Positions 29,165 to 39,065 of a stretch of DNA of 64,000 nucleotides are shown in pieces. The position numbers and the translations under genes were made by a program. Where the stretch lies: assembly GCA_913040915.1 (NCBI GenBank), contig CAJWHW010000008.1, positions 9,808 to 73,807 of the forward strand, given 5' to 3'. A model generated the notes under the pieces. It was given only the letters and a program-made list of their open reading frames with translations. It was not told the DNA's origin and did not search any database. Within the stretch, counting starts at the first letter, position 1; every line of letters begins with the position of its first letter. The DNA comes from an uncultured Fidelibacterota bacterium (GTDB taxonomy: Bacteria > Fidelibacterota > Marinisomatia > Marinisomatales > UBA1611).

Positions 29165-30625
29165 TTAATTAGTAGTAATAAACGAAAGGAGCATGATAGC
29201 ATCATAAAATGTTACAGAACCATCTTCATTAAAATCTGCGGGAGGTGTCGGCTCATAGCCAACTCCAAAAGACATATCTATGATATAGATTAAATCAAAT
29301 AAATCCAAATTTGAATCAAAATTAACATCGCCAAGTGTGAAATTTGGGAATCCAGCTTCTTCTAAATAATTCATGGGATATTTTTGAGCTCGTGCAATAA
29401 AAGTCTGATTATTGCCATAATCATAACTCCAAACAACTTCATGAGAAGGTGTAACCTCGATCATAGTTGCATCATCACAATCGGTCAAAAGCGTATTACC
29501 GTTTGGCAAACGAAAAGCCCCTCCTTGCATTTGTGTGTGAAAGTCACCTATATGGGTCCAGATAGGTTCTTCAGGCCCAAATGGCTGATCCGGATCTATA
29601 TGGTATATTCCGTTTTCAGTTAATGGCGGAACTATTTCTAAAACAGCCGATATATTAATACCATGATTATTATTAAATAAAATTAAATTTCCTGCACCTG
29701 GTGATCCACTCGGTATCCAATTAATACCATGCTGTGCTGCTAACTGGTGGTCTGAATCATTTCCTCGACCATAGGTCTGCGGATTACCCCAGCGGTAAAG
29801 ATAATCACCACCCATTCCCGAATTACCGCCTGAATGACTTGCTGCTTCTTCTGTGGTCGTACTATGATCTATAATATAAATTTCATCATGGTGCCTGGAT
29901 GAAATTGCAATTTGATCTAATTCTTCATTATAAGCCAATGCATTATAATGTTTCCAATCGCCATTAGGGCCTCCAGGACCTTGATTAATACCTGCATTTC
30001 CAAAATTAATATCTTGCAACTCTGGGTGGTCTGAAATCACACCATAATTGGGTAATTCAGGGTCTACATCTTGGATTAAATGATCCCAAATATGCCATTC
30101 CCAGACAATATTGACTGAATCAGAGCCAACTGGCTCAACCTCTAAAATTGCTTCTGCCCACATTTCATTCAGGGAATTATCAATAGATTGTCTTCCAACT
30201 GCATAAGCTTCTGTCGCTGTTTTCCTTTCCCAAAGGATAACCAGAATATTTCCGTTTGGTAGAGGTTCTACATCATGGTGATGTTGATAGGTATTATTTG
30301 CAAACTCGTAGGACCATAATAATTCACCATCCCAATTGTAAATAGAGACGCCACCTCCTACTCCGCCAGCACCCATGGAAGGATTTTGGACACGATAAGG
30401 ATAAATCAATGTGCTATCTTTTCTTAGATATGCCATACTTGCAGCACCACGGGGATGATCCCAAGAATTAATAACATTTAAATCATTGTCAATTAAAAAA
30501 GTAGTGAAACCACCTCCATTTGCACCCTGCGTTGGCGAAAACAGCGTCATACCTTCAAATGCCTGGCTATAAACTGAAGATAAAAGAATAATAATAAAAA
30601 AAATAATTGTCTTTTGTTTATTCAT
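29165..30625 (-). CDS. Secreted arylsulfotransferase (ASST)-like protein with C-terminal dockerin-like domain
   Basis: HHDVE, WEWHIWDH, H-x-N, SSRH, QH, FNN motifs; GDVNFD...ADFNEDG duplicated Ca-binding repeat. Confidence 0.75.
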   Translation of the reverse strand: MNKQKTIIFFIIILLSSVYSQAFEGMTLFSPTQGANGGGFTTFLIDNDLNVINSWDHPRGAASMAYLRKDSTLIYPYRVQNPSMGAGGVGGGVSIYNWDGELLWSYEFANNTYQHHHDVEPLPNGNILVILWERKTATEAYAVGRQSIDNSLNEMWAEAILEVEPVGSDSVNIVWEWHIWDHLIQDVDPELPNYGVISDHPELQDINFGNAGINQGPGGPNGDWKHYNALAYNEELDQIAISSRHHDEIYIIDHSTTTEEAASHSGGNSGMGGDYLYRWGNPQTYGRGNDSDHQLAAQHGINWIPSGSPGAGNLILFNNNHGINISAVLEIVPPLTENGIYHIDPDQPFGPEEPIWTHIGDFHTQMQGGAFRLPNGNTLLTDCDDATMIEVTPSHEVVWSYDYGNNQTFIARAQKYPMNYLEEAGFPNFTLGDVNFDSNLDLFDLIYIIDMSFGVGYEPTPPADFNEDGSVTFYDAIMLLSFITTN

Positions 30626-30751
30626 ATTGATCCATTTTTAATAATTTTTGATGAATAATTTAACTCTTAGATTCCAGTAGGGTTAAAACGTTAAATATTC
30701 TTTATCAATAATGCCATAACCTATTTCTTATCTAAGAAAATTCTAATTCAT

Positions 30752-31834
30752 GTGATGTTAAAACGAATCATCAAAGTTTACTATATTATTGGTAAAACTT
30801 TTGGGGTATGGATTGCGCCTATTTTTACAGGTCTAATAATAATTATTTTACGGATAGTTGTGGGAATATCAAGATTTGTTGACCACTTACTATTCTCAGC
30901 AATTCGAAAATCAATAACGGCACCAATCATTATTGTGGGTAACCCACGTTCTGGTACTACATTTCTTCATCGATTTTTGATTAAACAAGGATTTGGTGTA
31001 GGAAGTCAACTTTGGCAGATGGTTTATCCATCTATATTTCTCCAAAAGATTTTAAAACCCTTTTTGCCAATTATGGAATTTTTTAGTCCTGCCCGCCATC
31101 ATTCTACTGAAGCTCATAAAACAAGTTTATCTTCAATAGAAACAGATGATGTATCTCTCTTTTTTAGGTATTTTGATGGATTTTTTCTATACGGATTTTT
31201 TTTAACATTTGATGAAGAAGATCTATTTAATTGGATAGATCCAAAAGTTCAAGATACTACAATACGTGACTTTGCATGGTTCGAAGCACTTTGGCAAAGA
31301 AGCCTGATTTCAAATAAAGGGAAAAGATATATTGGTAAATTATTTAGTTTGAGTGGGAATCTCCCAAAATTCCAAAAGAGATTCCCTGATGCAAAAGTCA
31401 TTTACATGGTGCGTGATCCTTTAAGTGTTATCCCATCCGGGCTTAGTCTTGTTACAGGCGTTTTAGATAAAAAATTTAACTTTTGGTCCTTAGACCCAGA
31501 AATCAAAGTCCGATTTATTCAAAGATTATATAAAGCCCTAGTTGAATTATTAAATCGATTTCATGAAGATTGGATAGAGAATAAGATAGATAAGGAAAAA
31601 GTGCTGATCGTTCGTTTTGATAACATGATGTCCAATTTTGAATCTGTTATGGATGATATTATTTCATTTACAAATCAAGAAATAACGGATCTACTTTTAG
31701 AAAAAATTAAAACAACATCAGAAAGCCAGCGCGCATACAAAAGTAGGCACAAATATGATTTGCAAAAATTCGGACTAAGTGAAGATCAGATTAAAAAAGA
31801 TTGCATACATATCTATGAAACATTCTTATCCTAA
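30752..31834 (+). CDS. PAPS-dependent sulfotransferase (Sulfotransfer_3-like)
   Basis: 5'-PSB GNPRSGTTFLH and 3'-PB MVRDPLSVIPS; HKY-L--FGL tail; N-terminal TM. Confidence 0.85.
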   Translation: MMLKRIIKVYYIIGKTFGVWIAPIFTGLIIIILRIVVGISRFVDHLLFSAIRKSITAPIIIVGNPRSGTTFLHRFLIKQGFGVGSQLWQMVYPSIFLQKILKPFLPIMEFFSPARHHSTEAHKTSLSSIETDDVSLFFRYFDGFFLYGFFLTFDEEDLFNWIDPKVQDTTIRDFAWFEALWQRSLISNKGKRYIGKLFSLSGNLPKFQKRFPDAKVIYMVRDPLSVIPSGLSLVTGVLDKKFNFWSLDPEIKVRFIQRLYKALVELLNRFHEDWIENKIDKEKVLIVRFDNMMSNFESVMDDIISFTNQEITDLLLEKIKTTSESQRAYKSRHKYDLQKFGLSEDQIKKDCIHIYETFLS

Positions 31835-31837
31835 TTT

Positions 31838-32443
31838 ATGATTAAATATTTTTTCCAATTTATTTTAATTCACTATTCAATTCTCGCCTTGGATTTGCGA
31901 AAAATAGAATCCTTTACTAATTGGAAAAATCTACAAAAGGGCACAATCACTGTTGATTGGTGTAACTATGAAGGGTATCCAGTCAGCCGAGCGGAAACCA
32001 TACTGAATCATCCAATGGCTATGGTTGCAAAAGCCGTTGAGGATGTTGACCAATATCCGAAAATTTTCAATCGTGTTACAAAAACAAACCGCTTGGGAAA
32101 AGACGTAGTTCAAATTGTATTGGATATGCCATTTCCCTTCGATGGACGAGATTACATCGTAAATTACAAAATTAAAAATTCTGCAAATGAGTATACTTTA
32201 GTGTTTTCAGCTATTGAACATCCCTTGGGGAAATTGGAACCCAATCATGTAAGGCTTCCAAATGCCGCAGGTATCTGGATATTAAAAAAATTGAATGAAA
32301 ACCAAACTAAAATAATCTATGGTTGGAATGGAGAGCTATTAGGGAATTTTCCTGATTTTGGACTCACTAAGGCATGGGTGATGCAGGGAACTGAAGTCTT
32401 AAATTGGCTGGATGAGGCCCTGAATAAAAGGAAAAATTCATGA
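31838..32443 (+). CDS. Secreted START/SRPBCC lipid-binding domain protein
   Basis: DMPFPFDGRDY, HVRL...GIW, GNFPDF pattern typical of START domains; signal peptide. Confidence 0.7.
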   Translation: MIKYFFQFILIHYSILALDLRKIESFTNWKNLQKGTITVDWCNYEGYPVSRAETILNHPMAMVAKAVEDVDQYPKIFNRVTKTNRLGKDVVQIVLDMPFPFDGRDYIVNYKIKNSANEYTLVFSAIEHPLGKLEPNHVRLPNAAGIWILKKLNENQTKIIYGWNGELLGNFPDFGLTKAWVMQGTEVLNWLDEALNKRKNS

Positions 32444-33867
32444 AAAATTTTATTCTTCTGTCCTCAATTTCAATATTGTTTTCAGATGAGCTAACATTTC
32501 AATTCAATGGATTCGTGGATTTTGCAAATATATCTCGTTTATCTGATAATTCACTAATTGATATACCTTACAGAATAGGCTCATTGAATTTTTCACAACA
32601 TTCCAATAATATTTCATTAAATGGAAACTTCTCATTAGAATATCAAATTCGGAGTGACACCTATTTTTTAGAATCAAAGGATCCTCAGGATTTTAGATGG
32701 GACATGCGGGAATTATATGGTACAATCTCCAGTGACCAGTTTGAATTTAGATTTGGAAAACAAATCCACTCCTGGGGAAGTGTTGATGTGAATAGTCCAG
32801 TAGATAATGCCAGCGCATTTGATTATTATTATATCTTCTTCCTTGGGCAGGAAAGGAAAATGGCTACTTTTTCTACTATTATCGATTATTATATCGGCAA
32901 TTTAAAAATGAATATTGTTTTTTCCCCAATACATACTACAAATCGTATTCCGCTTGGTGATGATGAATTTCCAATCACCTTACCAATTTATCCTAAAGAA
33001 AGCCAAATATTACCGATTTCAAAACTCCCATTGGAGAGTGGGTTTCATGGGACATATTCATTTGGGTTAGGTGATATTTCTGCATCTTACTTTTCAGGTT
33101 ATGATCGAGTGTTTAATTTTACAGGTGTTAATGTTTATAGTAATAATAGCCAAACTATTTTTTCACCTCCTGATTTAGTATTTGGATATAGAAAAACAAA
33201 TGTTTTCGGTTTTGGATTCACTTTTTTGAATCCAAGTTTTATCCTAAGAGTAGACACTGGTCATTTCAAAACTAAAGATTTAAATGATATAATTGAACGT
33301 CCCTACTCTAACTCAGCCTTAGCAACTATTTATGATACTTTAGTTTTTAGTTATCCACTTAAAGAGAGAGCAAGCTATAGACAATCTACCATCCAAATTG
33401 AAACTGAACTTCCATTCAAGATTAATTTTATCGGTCAAATATTCATCCATGAAAAATCATCCTTCTCATCAGATACTCTGCCAGATGTGGAAATTGATAT
33501 CCCAGGATTTGAATATGATCCGGAAACTATGACACCTGAAAATTTTTTTACACCGGGTATGGGAGTCCCATTAGCTATTTTGACTGAAAAAGCAGCAATT
33601 TTTGTTATTTATAGAACATTATTTGATGAACAATTGAAACTATCTATGACATCCATGCTTGATTTAAAAGAATATCAAGGAGTTTCAGGAATTCCCGGGA
33701 ATTTGACCGAATACAAGTTGGAATATAATATTACGCAAGATCTACTTGGCCTTTTAGGTGTTACAAAAGTTCAGGGATCAGATGACCATCCCGAAGGTGA
33801 AGAATACCAATTCAATTCGATGGAAGATTTTTCTCATTTAAGATTTGAATTAAAATATTATTTCTAA
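32440..33867 (+). CDS. Outer-membrane beta-barrel protein (DUF1302-like), paralog of 24137..25345
   Basis: RELY...GKQIHSWG..D.NSPVDN, DYYY.F.LG.ERK, PGMG.P, MEDFSH...LKYYF shared with the paralog. Confidence 0.7.
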   Translation: MKNFILLSSISILFSDELTFQFNGFVDFANISRLSDNSLIDIPYRIGSLNFSQHSNNISLNGNFSLEYQIRSDTYFLESKDPQDFRWDMRELYGTISSDQFEFRFGKQIHSWGSVDVNSPVDNASAFDYYYIFFLGQERKMATFSTIIDYYIGNLKMNIVFSPIHTTNRIPLGDDEFPITLPIYPKESQILPISKLPLESGFHGTYSFGLGDISASYFSGYDRVFNFTGVNVYSNNSQTIFSPPDLVFGYRKTNVFGFGFTFLNPSFILRVDTGHFKTKDLNDIIERPYSNSALATIYDTLVFSYPLKERASYRQSTIQIETELPFKINFIGQIFIHEKSSFSSDTLPDVEIDIPGFEYDPETMTPENFFTPGMGVPLAILTEKAAIFVIYRTLFDEQLKLSMTSMLDLKEYQGVSGIPGNLTEYKLEYNITQDLLGLLGVTKVQGSDDHPEGEEYQFNSMEDFSHLRFELKYYF

Positions 33868-33879
33868 AAAGAAAATTTA

Positions 33880-34845
33880 TTGAAAATAAAAATTACAGGG
33901 GTAGGGCTCTATCTCCCTCCAAAAATAGAAACTGCAGCAGATATTTCGGAGAAAATTGGAAAATCTGTTGATTGGATCATTGAAAAAACTGGAGTGATTG
34001 AGCGACGGGTATCCGAAATAGATGTTGACCAAATGGGAGCATTAGCCGCAAAGAATGCTTTAGGAAAGGGCGGAAAACCCGACTTAATCATAAATGCTTC
34101 CGGTGTACCAAAACAAACCATACCTGATACAGCTGCATTCTACCAAAAAGAACTTGGTTATAAAGGAATTCCATCTTTCAGTATTCATTGTACCTGCCTA
34201 TCTTTTATTACAGCCTTACACACAGCAGCTTCACTGATACATTCCCGTTCCTATAAACGTATACTAATTATTTCTTCAGACCGTGGAACGATAGGAAGAA
34301 ATTTTAACGAACCGGAAAGTGCATCGCTTTTAGGTGATGGGGCTGCTGCCGTAGTAGTGGAACGAACGTTAAAAGATGAAACCGGTAAACTCATTTACTT
34401 TGATATGAAAACCTTTCCTAAATATGCTAATCTAACTGAGGTTCGAGGGGGAGGTACAAATAAGCATCCACAGGACCCAGAAACAACACTAGCAGACAAT
34501 TTGTTTACCATGAATGGACCTGCAGTATATAAAATCGCCAGAAAAGAAGTATATCGAATGATGCTAAAAACAATGAAAGAAACAGAGTTAAAAAGAGAAA
34601 ATGTGGATTGGATAATTCCACATCAAGCTTCCGGCAAGGCAGTAGATGCCTATATTTTAGCAGGTGGATTTTCCGAACAAAAGGTGGTAAATATAATTAC
34701 AAAATTTGGAAATTGCGTAGCTGCTTCTGTACCTATGGCTTTTGCAACTGCGGTAGAAGATGGACGTATAAAACGTGGTGATCTTATATTGTTTATTGGA
34801 ACAGGTGCTGGTTTGAGTGTAGCGTGTGCTTTAATACGATATTAA
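33880..34845 (+). CDS. fabH: 3-oxoacyl-ACP synthase III family protein
   Basis: Triad Cys (HCTCLSF), His (PHQAS), Asn (FGNCVAAS); GDGAAA; GTGAG. Confidence 0.85.
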   Translation: MKIKITGVGLYLPPKIETAADISEKIGKSVDWIIEKTGVIERRVSEIDVDQMGALAAKNALGKGGKPDLIINASGVPKQTIPDTAAFYQKELGYKGIPSFSIHCTCLSFITALHTAASLIHSRSYKRILIISSDRGTIGRNFNEPESASLLGDGAAAVVVERTLKDETGKLIYFDMKTFPKYANLTEVRGGGTNKHPQDPETTLADNLFTMNGPAVYKIARKEVYRMMLKTMKETELKRENVDWIIPHQASGKAVDAYILAGGFSEQKVVNIITKFGNCVAASVPMAFATAVEDGRIKRGDLILFIGTGAGLSVACALIRY

Positions 34846-35910
34846 TTACTTTACCAGAATTAATTTTTTGATCTCCATATCAATCCCATCATTAATCTTT
34901 AAAAAATATAAGCCAGATGAATATTCAGATCCATCCCAGTGGATTTGATACTTGCCAGTTTTATATATTCTATTTTTTGAAATAACATCTACTTCATTTC
35001 CCAGCAAATCAAATATGCTGATAAATAATCTCCGATCATATGGAATAAACAGATCAAGTATTACCTTATGATTAAATGGATTTGGATAAGGCTGCGAAAG
35101 TTTATACTGATAAGGCAAGCCATTTTTAATTAGTGAAACATTTTCACACTCTTGTGGTGTATAAACAGGAAATGAATAATAAAATTGATCCAGACTCAAT
35201 TCAAAATGTTCACTTTCCACTATACAGGAATCTATATTCTCACACAGTATATTTCCCCCAATGGCAAAAAAAGGATAACCACCATTGTCATTATTGTCCC
35301 AATCCAAATTCATATCACAAAAACAGTTTGGTAGTGATTCAAGATTATTATTAAATAACCAGAGATAGATTAGGTTATTCAAGTTGCAAATCGATTCTGG
35401 TAAACTCCCTATTTTATTATATCCCAGATCTAGAAAATATAAACCATCTAAATTCCCAAGACTGTCAGGTAGATTTTCTAAAATATTATTATTCATATGA
35501 AAAGATTGTAGACCAATCATATCAGAAAAAGTTTCAGGCAATGTTGAAATTCTATTCCATTCAAGATAAAGAGAAGCAAGACTTGTCCAATTCCCAATAT
35601 TTTCAGGCAAAACAAAAATTGTATCATTAACACCTGAACTGTTTCCATAATTTCCAGCAACTAAAAATCTAAGTCGACCATTAAACCAAGTCTGAGTCCC
35701 TAATGCTAATGGAGAATCATACTCTAGGTTATTTTTTATGATAATAGAATCCAGTACTTCAACATCTGAATCATAAAAGCATGTATCACCAGCAAGGATT
35801 GTTACGTTCAAAGGTAAATTGGGATAATAAGTATAAGCACTGTCACATTGTCCAGTTAAACTTTGAGTAACGAAGGATATTATAAATGAAATGGTGATCT
35901 TTTTAATCAT
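34846..35910 (-). CDS. Secreted leucine-rich repeat protein with T9SS-type C-terminal domain
   Basis: LxxLxLxxNxIxxLP repeats; YPNPFN...SSGLYF...KKLILVK. Confidence 0.8.
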   Translation of the reverse strand: MIKKITISFIISFVTQSLTGQCDSAYTYYPNLPLNVTILAGDTCFYDSDVEVLDSIIIKNNLEYDSPLALGTQTWFNGRLRFLVAGNYGNSSGVNDTIFVLPENIGNWTSLASLYLEWNRISTLPETFSDMIGLQSFHMNNNILENLPDSLGNLDGLYFLDLGYNKIGSLPESICNLNNLIYLWLFNNNLESLPNCFCDMNLDWDNNDNGGYPFFAIGGNILCENIDSCIVESEHFELSLDQFYYSFPVYTPQECENVSLIKNGLPYQYKLSQPYPNPFNHKVILDLFIPYDRRLFISIFDLLGNEVDVISKNRIYKTGKYQIHWDGSEYSSGLYFLKINDGIDMEIKKLILVK

Positions 35911-38003
35911 TTTATTAGAATGACTTTACGTGTTTGCGACTGATTTCCACATGTTAAATGAATGAAGTATATACCAGAAGGTTGATTTACAGCATTCCAT
36001 GTATATGAGTAATGGTTTGATGATAGATTATCATTCAATATTGATTTGATAACCTGTCCTGATATGTTAAATACTTCCAGTGAATTTCTTTGTTGAGGTT
36101 CTAAAATATCAAATTGAATTGTTGTTACTGGATTGAAAGGGTTTGGAAAAGGTTCATATAATTGGAATACTGCAGTTATCGTTCCACCTTCATTTCCTAA
36201 TAAATTCGAGTGTCCTTCAATTTGAATTAGCTTTTGATTCTCAGGATGATGAATAGGTGTAATAATAAGTTCAATATTATTTATATCATCTGATTCCGGA
36301 ATCTCTCCTGTAAATGAAAGTGTCTGGGTTGCATCTGGTGAAAGTGTAATTATCTCTTCTGATGATTCAAACCAACCTGCTTGATCAGTAAAAGTATATT
36401 GATATTCAACCTCATATGGTCCTTCATTTATTAACTCAAAAGTTATTAAAGACGATCCCGGGTTTAAATAAACACCCGACTGTCCATTAAAATCTGTCAA
36501 GTCACTAACTATAACGCTAAAGGCAGCAGGAAATATTCCCGGAATACGATGGGCTCGGTAAACCGCACCATTAGGAAGACTTAAATTATAATTTGCTTCC
36601 CAAACTATTTGCCCATTAGTATTAACCTCAAGGCTTCGCCCACCACCTCCTATGGTAGTAACCAATACATTTCCATTTTGAAGTTTTTGGGCATTCCCGG
36701 AAGCAAAACCAAATAGATCATTTGGCAAGTCATAAGTCCAAACCAATTCTGCATTATTTGCATTTACTGAAATTTCAATCGCCCTGGACTGAGGATCATT
36801 AGTATTTCTGAAAATTTCAGATAGATTTCCATTGTCAAAGGTAAGAAGATTACCATTATCTAAAATTTGTACACTATGTTGGAAACTAAACCCTATATCT
36901 GTTCCAAGAGTTACATCCCCGGAAGGCATATCATGTCCCAAATTCCAAATGATGTTACCAGAAGGATAATCAATTTTTGTGATCCGGGATAAATGACGCG
37001 TAGATATGTAAATTGCATTTTCAGATTCTTCAAATATTACCGCATTTACATGTGTCCAGTCATAATGCAAATCAACATAAGCTTGATTCCAGGTGCCTCC
37101 ATATTGATCAAAATCGATCATATTAAAATGATCGAACACATTCCATTCCCACACTACATCACCAGTCTCAGCATCCCATTCAACTAGTTTATCACCGATC
37201 CATGGAAATTCGATTGTTACACCATCAGCTTGAAAACCAAGCCCTTGGAATAAATAAGTCCAGTCTCCTATTGGTATATAGCCAAGTGAACTCGTTTCAA
37301 TAATTCCAAGATAATTTCCATTAGGTAATTGAATTAAATCATGGTGCAAGAATTCATTATTGGGTTCCTCCCAAATAGTTTCACCTAGAAATGTGAATTC
37401 CTTGCCGGGTAAATTATTCTCTGTTCCAGAAGCCAAAGAGCAGCCAAATACATCACCACTTTCACTCGTACTGTAATAAACTAAATTCTCAGCTCCCGAA
37501 TTCCATATCTCTTTCCCTGTCTTATCTACTGCAGCTGAAAAATAATTAAAGAAGGCTCCAAAAACAGTGATTCCATCCTGAATTAGGTTTTCATTGATAA
37601 TAGTAGTGGTAGTCTCAGAAATAGGTGACCCTGTAGAAAAATTATATGCTGGACTCCAATCTCCTGTCATATTTGACACATTAAGCGGACGGATGCGCCA
37701 GTGATAGGTTTTATCCCATTCCAAATCATTCTTTTCAATATAGATTAAAGAATAATCAATAACCTGCACTACTATACTTGAAAAACTGGGATTTTCTGAA
37801 ACTTGTAACTCATACCCTATTGCTTCCGGAATTTGTTTCCATTCAAATATCACATGGAGATGGTTTAATTCTGAATTGTTTTCTGGAAGAATCAATCCTG
37901 CAAATAAATACTGAACCCAAAAAATTATTAACCTAAGATAGTTTTTATAAAATTTCAAAATTATTAATATAAAGATGTAATGAATTAAAAATAAATTAAT
38001 CAA
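35907..38003 (-). CDS. Secreted ASST-like protein with FN3/Ig-like domains and T9SS-type C-terminal domain (start uncertain)
   Basis: HHDL, WEWNVFDH, WTHVN, STRH, FQH, FDNG, VYRA; FPNPFNP...SGIYF...KVILIK. Confidence 0.75.
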   Translation of the reverse strand: MINLFLIHYIFILIILKFYKNYLRLIIFWVQYLFAGLILPENNSELNHLHVIFEWKQIPEAIGYELQVSENPSFSSIVVQVIDYSLIYIEKNDLEWDKTYHWRIRPLNVSNMTGDWSPAYNFSTGSPISETTTTIINENLIQDGITVFGAFFNYFSAAVDKTGKEIWNSGAENLVYYSTSESGDVFGCSLASGTENNLPGKEFTFLGETIWEEPNNEFLHHDLIQLPNGNYLGIIETSSLGYIPIGDWTYLFQGLGFQADGVTIEFPWIGDKLVEWDAETGDVVWEWNVFDHFNMIDFDQYGGTWNQAYVDLHYDWTHVNAVIFEESENAIYISTRHLSRITKIDYPSGNIIWNLGHDMPSGDVTLGTDIGFSFQHSVQILDNGNLLTFDNGNLSEIFRNTNDPQSRAIEISVNANNAELVWTYDLPNDLFGFASGNAQKLQNGNVLVTTIGGGGRSLEVNTNGQIVWEANYNLSLPNGAVYRAHRIPGIFPAAFSVIVSDLTDFNGQSGVYLNPGSSLITFELINEGPYEVEYQYTFTDQAGWFESSEEIITLSPDATQTLSFTGEIPESDDINNIELIITPIHHPENQKLIQIEGHSNLLGNEGGTITAVFQLYEPFPNPFNPVTTIQFDILEPQQRNSLEVFNISGQVIKSILNDNLSSNHYSYTWNAVNQPSGIYFIHLTCGNQSQTRKVILIK

Positions 38004-38770
38004 ATTTTTATTAAGAAAGATTCTGAGAAAATCTCATCTCTAAGGCCAATGTCTGGCTTGAAAGATTGAATCACCATGATAGTTTTATTCCCATTTTGAT
38101 TCGTCATTATCATCCTAAATGGTGTTATAAAATTATTTTCTTCAACAAATTTGTCAAGGATTAGAGTTTTTTCCTTATTGGATTCACTAGAATAAAACTC
38201 AATCTTAATTATTTGCCATTTTTTTGTGCTTACCCATAGTTTCCTCGCAAAATAAGAACTTGCTTTTTTCGGCCAAGCCATTATTACTTTACATTGACTA
38301 CCTTGAAAATGTTCTGTACCTAGAAGGGACAAACTATCAAGACCTAATTTTCGACTTTCAAGATCTTCATAAATAAAATCAGTACCCATGAAAGATTTTG
38401 TTTTTTCTTTAGCTTTAACTCGCTTTGCAGTTTTTAATTTTGGTAAGAAAAACCATTGATCAGTTTTCCCATTACTATATACCCAACTCAACAGGCCCGT
38501 ATCCTTAATTTTTAGTGGTTTATGGAACCGAACTAAGGATTTAGACTGAAATTTCCCTGATGAATAATTTTTATTGAAACGAGTGAATTCCCTAACCTTG
38601 ATTTTTTCCTTTCCATGTTTTATTCGAACAATCTCAAGTTTAATCTCTGTTATTGATGAATTTGGTTTAGGTGCATCATATACCATTTTCATAATTTCCT
38701 CAGCGGTGTATTCTTGAGCAAAGACTTGAATGCCAAGCATAGAAAAAAACATAAAATTAATTTTCATCAT
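38000..38770 (-). CDS. LolA-like outer membrane lipoprotein-sorting protein (second copy)
   Basis: DQWFFLPKLKTAKRV, FMGTDFIYEDL; signal peptide. Confidence 0.85.
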   Translation of the reverse strand: MMKINFMFFSMLGIQVFAQEYTAEEIMKMVYDAPKPNSSITEIKLEIVRIKHGKEKIKVREFTRFNKNYSSGKFQSKSLVRFHKPLKIKDTGLLSWVYSNGKTDQWFFLPKLKTAKRVKAKEKTKSFMGTDFIYEDLESRKLGLDSLSLLGTEHFQGSQCKVIMAWPKKASSYFARKLWVSTKKWQIIKIEFYSSESNKEKTLILDKFVEENNFITPFRMIMTNQNGNKTIMVIQSFKPDIGLRDEIFSESFLIKI

Positions 38771-39065
38771 TATGTCTTATAAAAAGTAGTGATATAGGAG
38801 TGAATAATATTGCTAATATAGAACAAATTAAATAATCCTTCTGATATCTTAGTTCAAAATAACCTGCGACTTGAAGACAAATAAAAACATATCCAATAAA
38901 AATAATATCAAAATAATGATTTAAAAGATATGTAAAAATTTCTCCAGTTGTCCAATTCTTAAATGTATCGATAGTTTCAGCCGAGCCTAGTCCGTAAATA
39001 ATTAAGAGGCAACTAATAAGCAAAAGCATGCCACTAAGCATCTTATCTTGTTTTACAGTCTTCAT
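38757..39065 (-). CDS. Small hypothetical membrane protein
   Basis: Three hydrophobic segments; overlaps both neighbours in the operon. Confidence 0.6.
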   Translation of the reverse strand: MKTVKQDKMLSGMLLLISCLLIIYGLGSAETIDTFKNWTTGEIFTYLLNHYFDIIFIGYVFICLQVAGYFELRYQKDYLICSILAILFTPISLLFIRHNDEN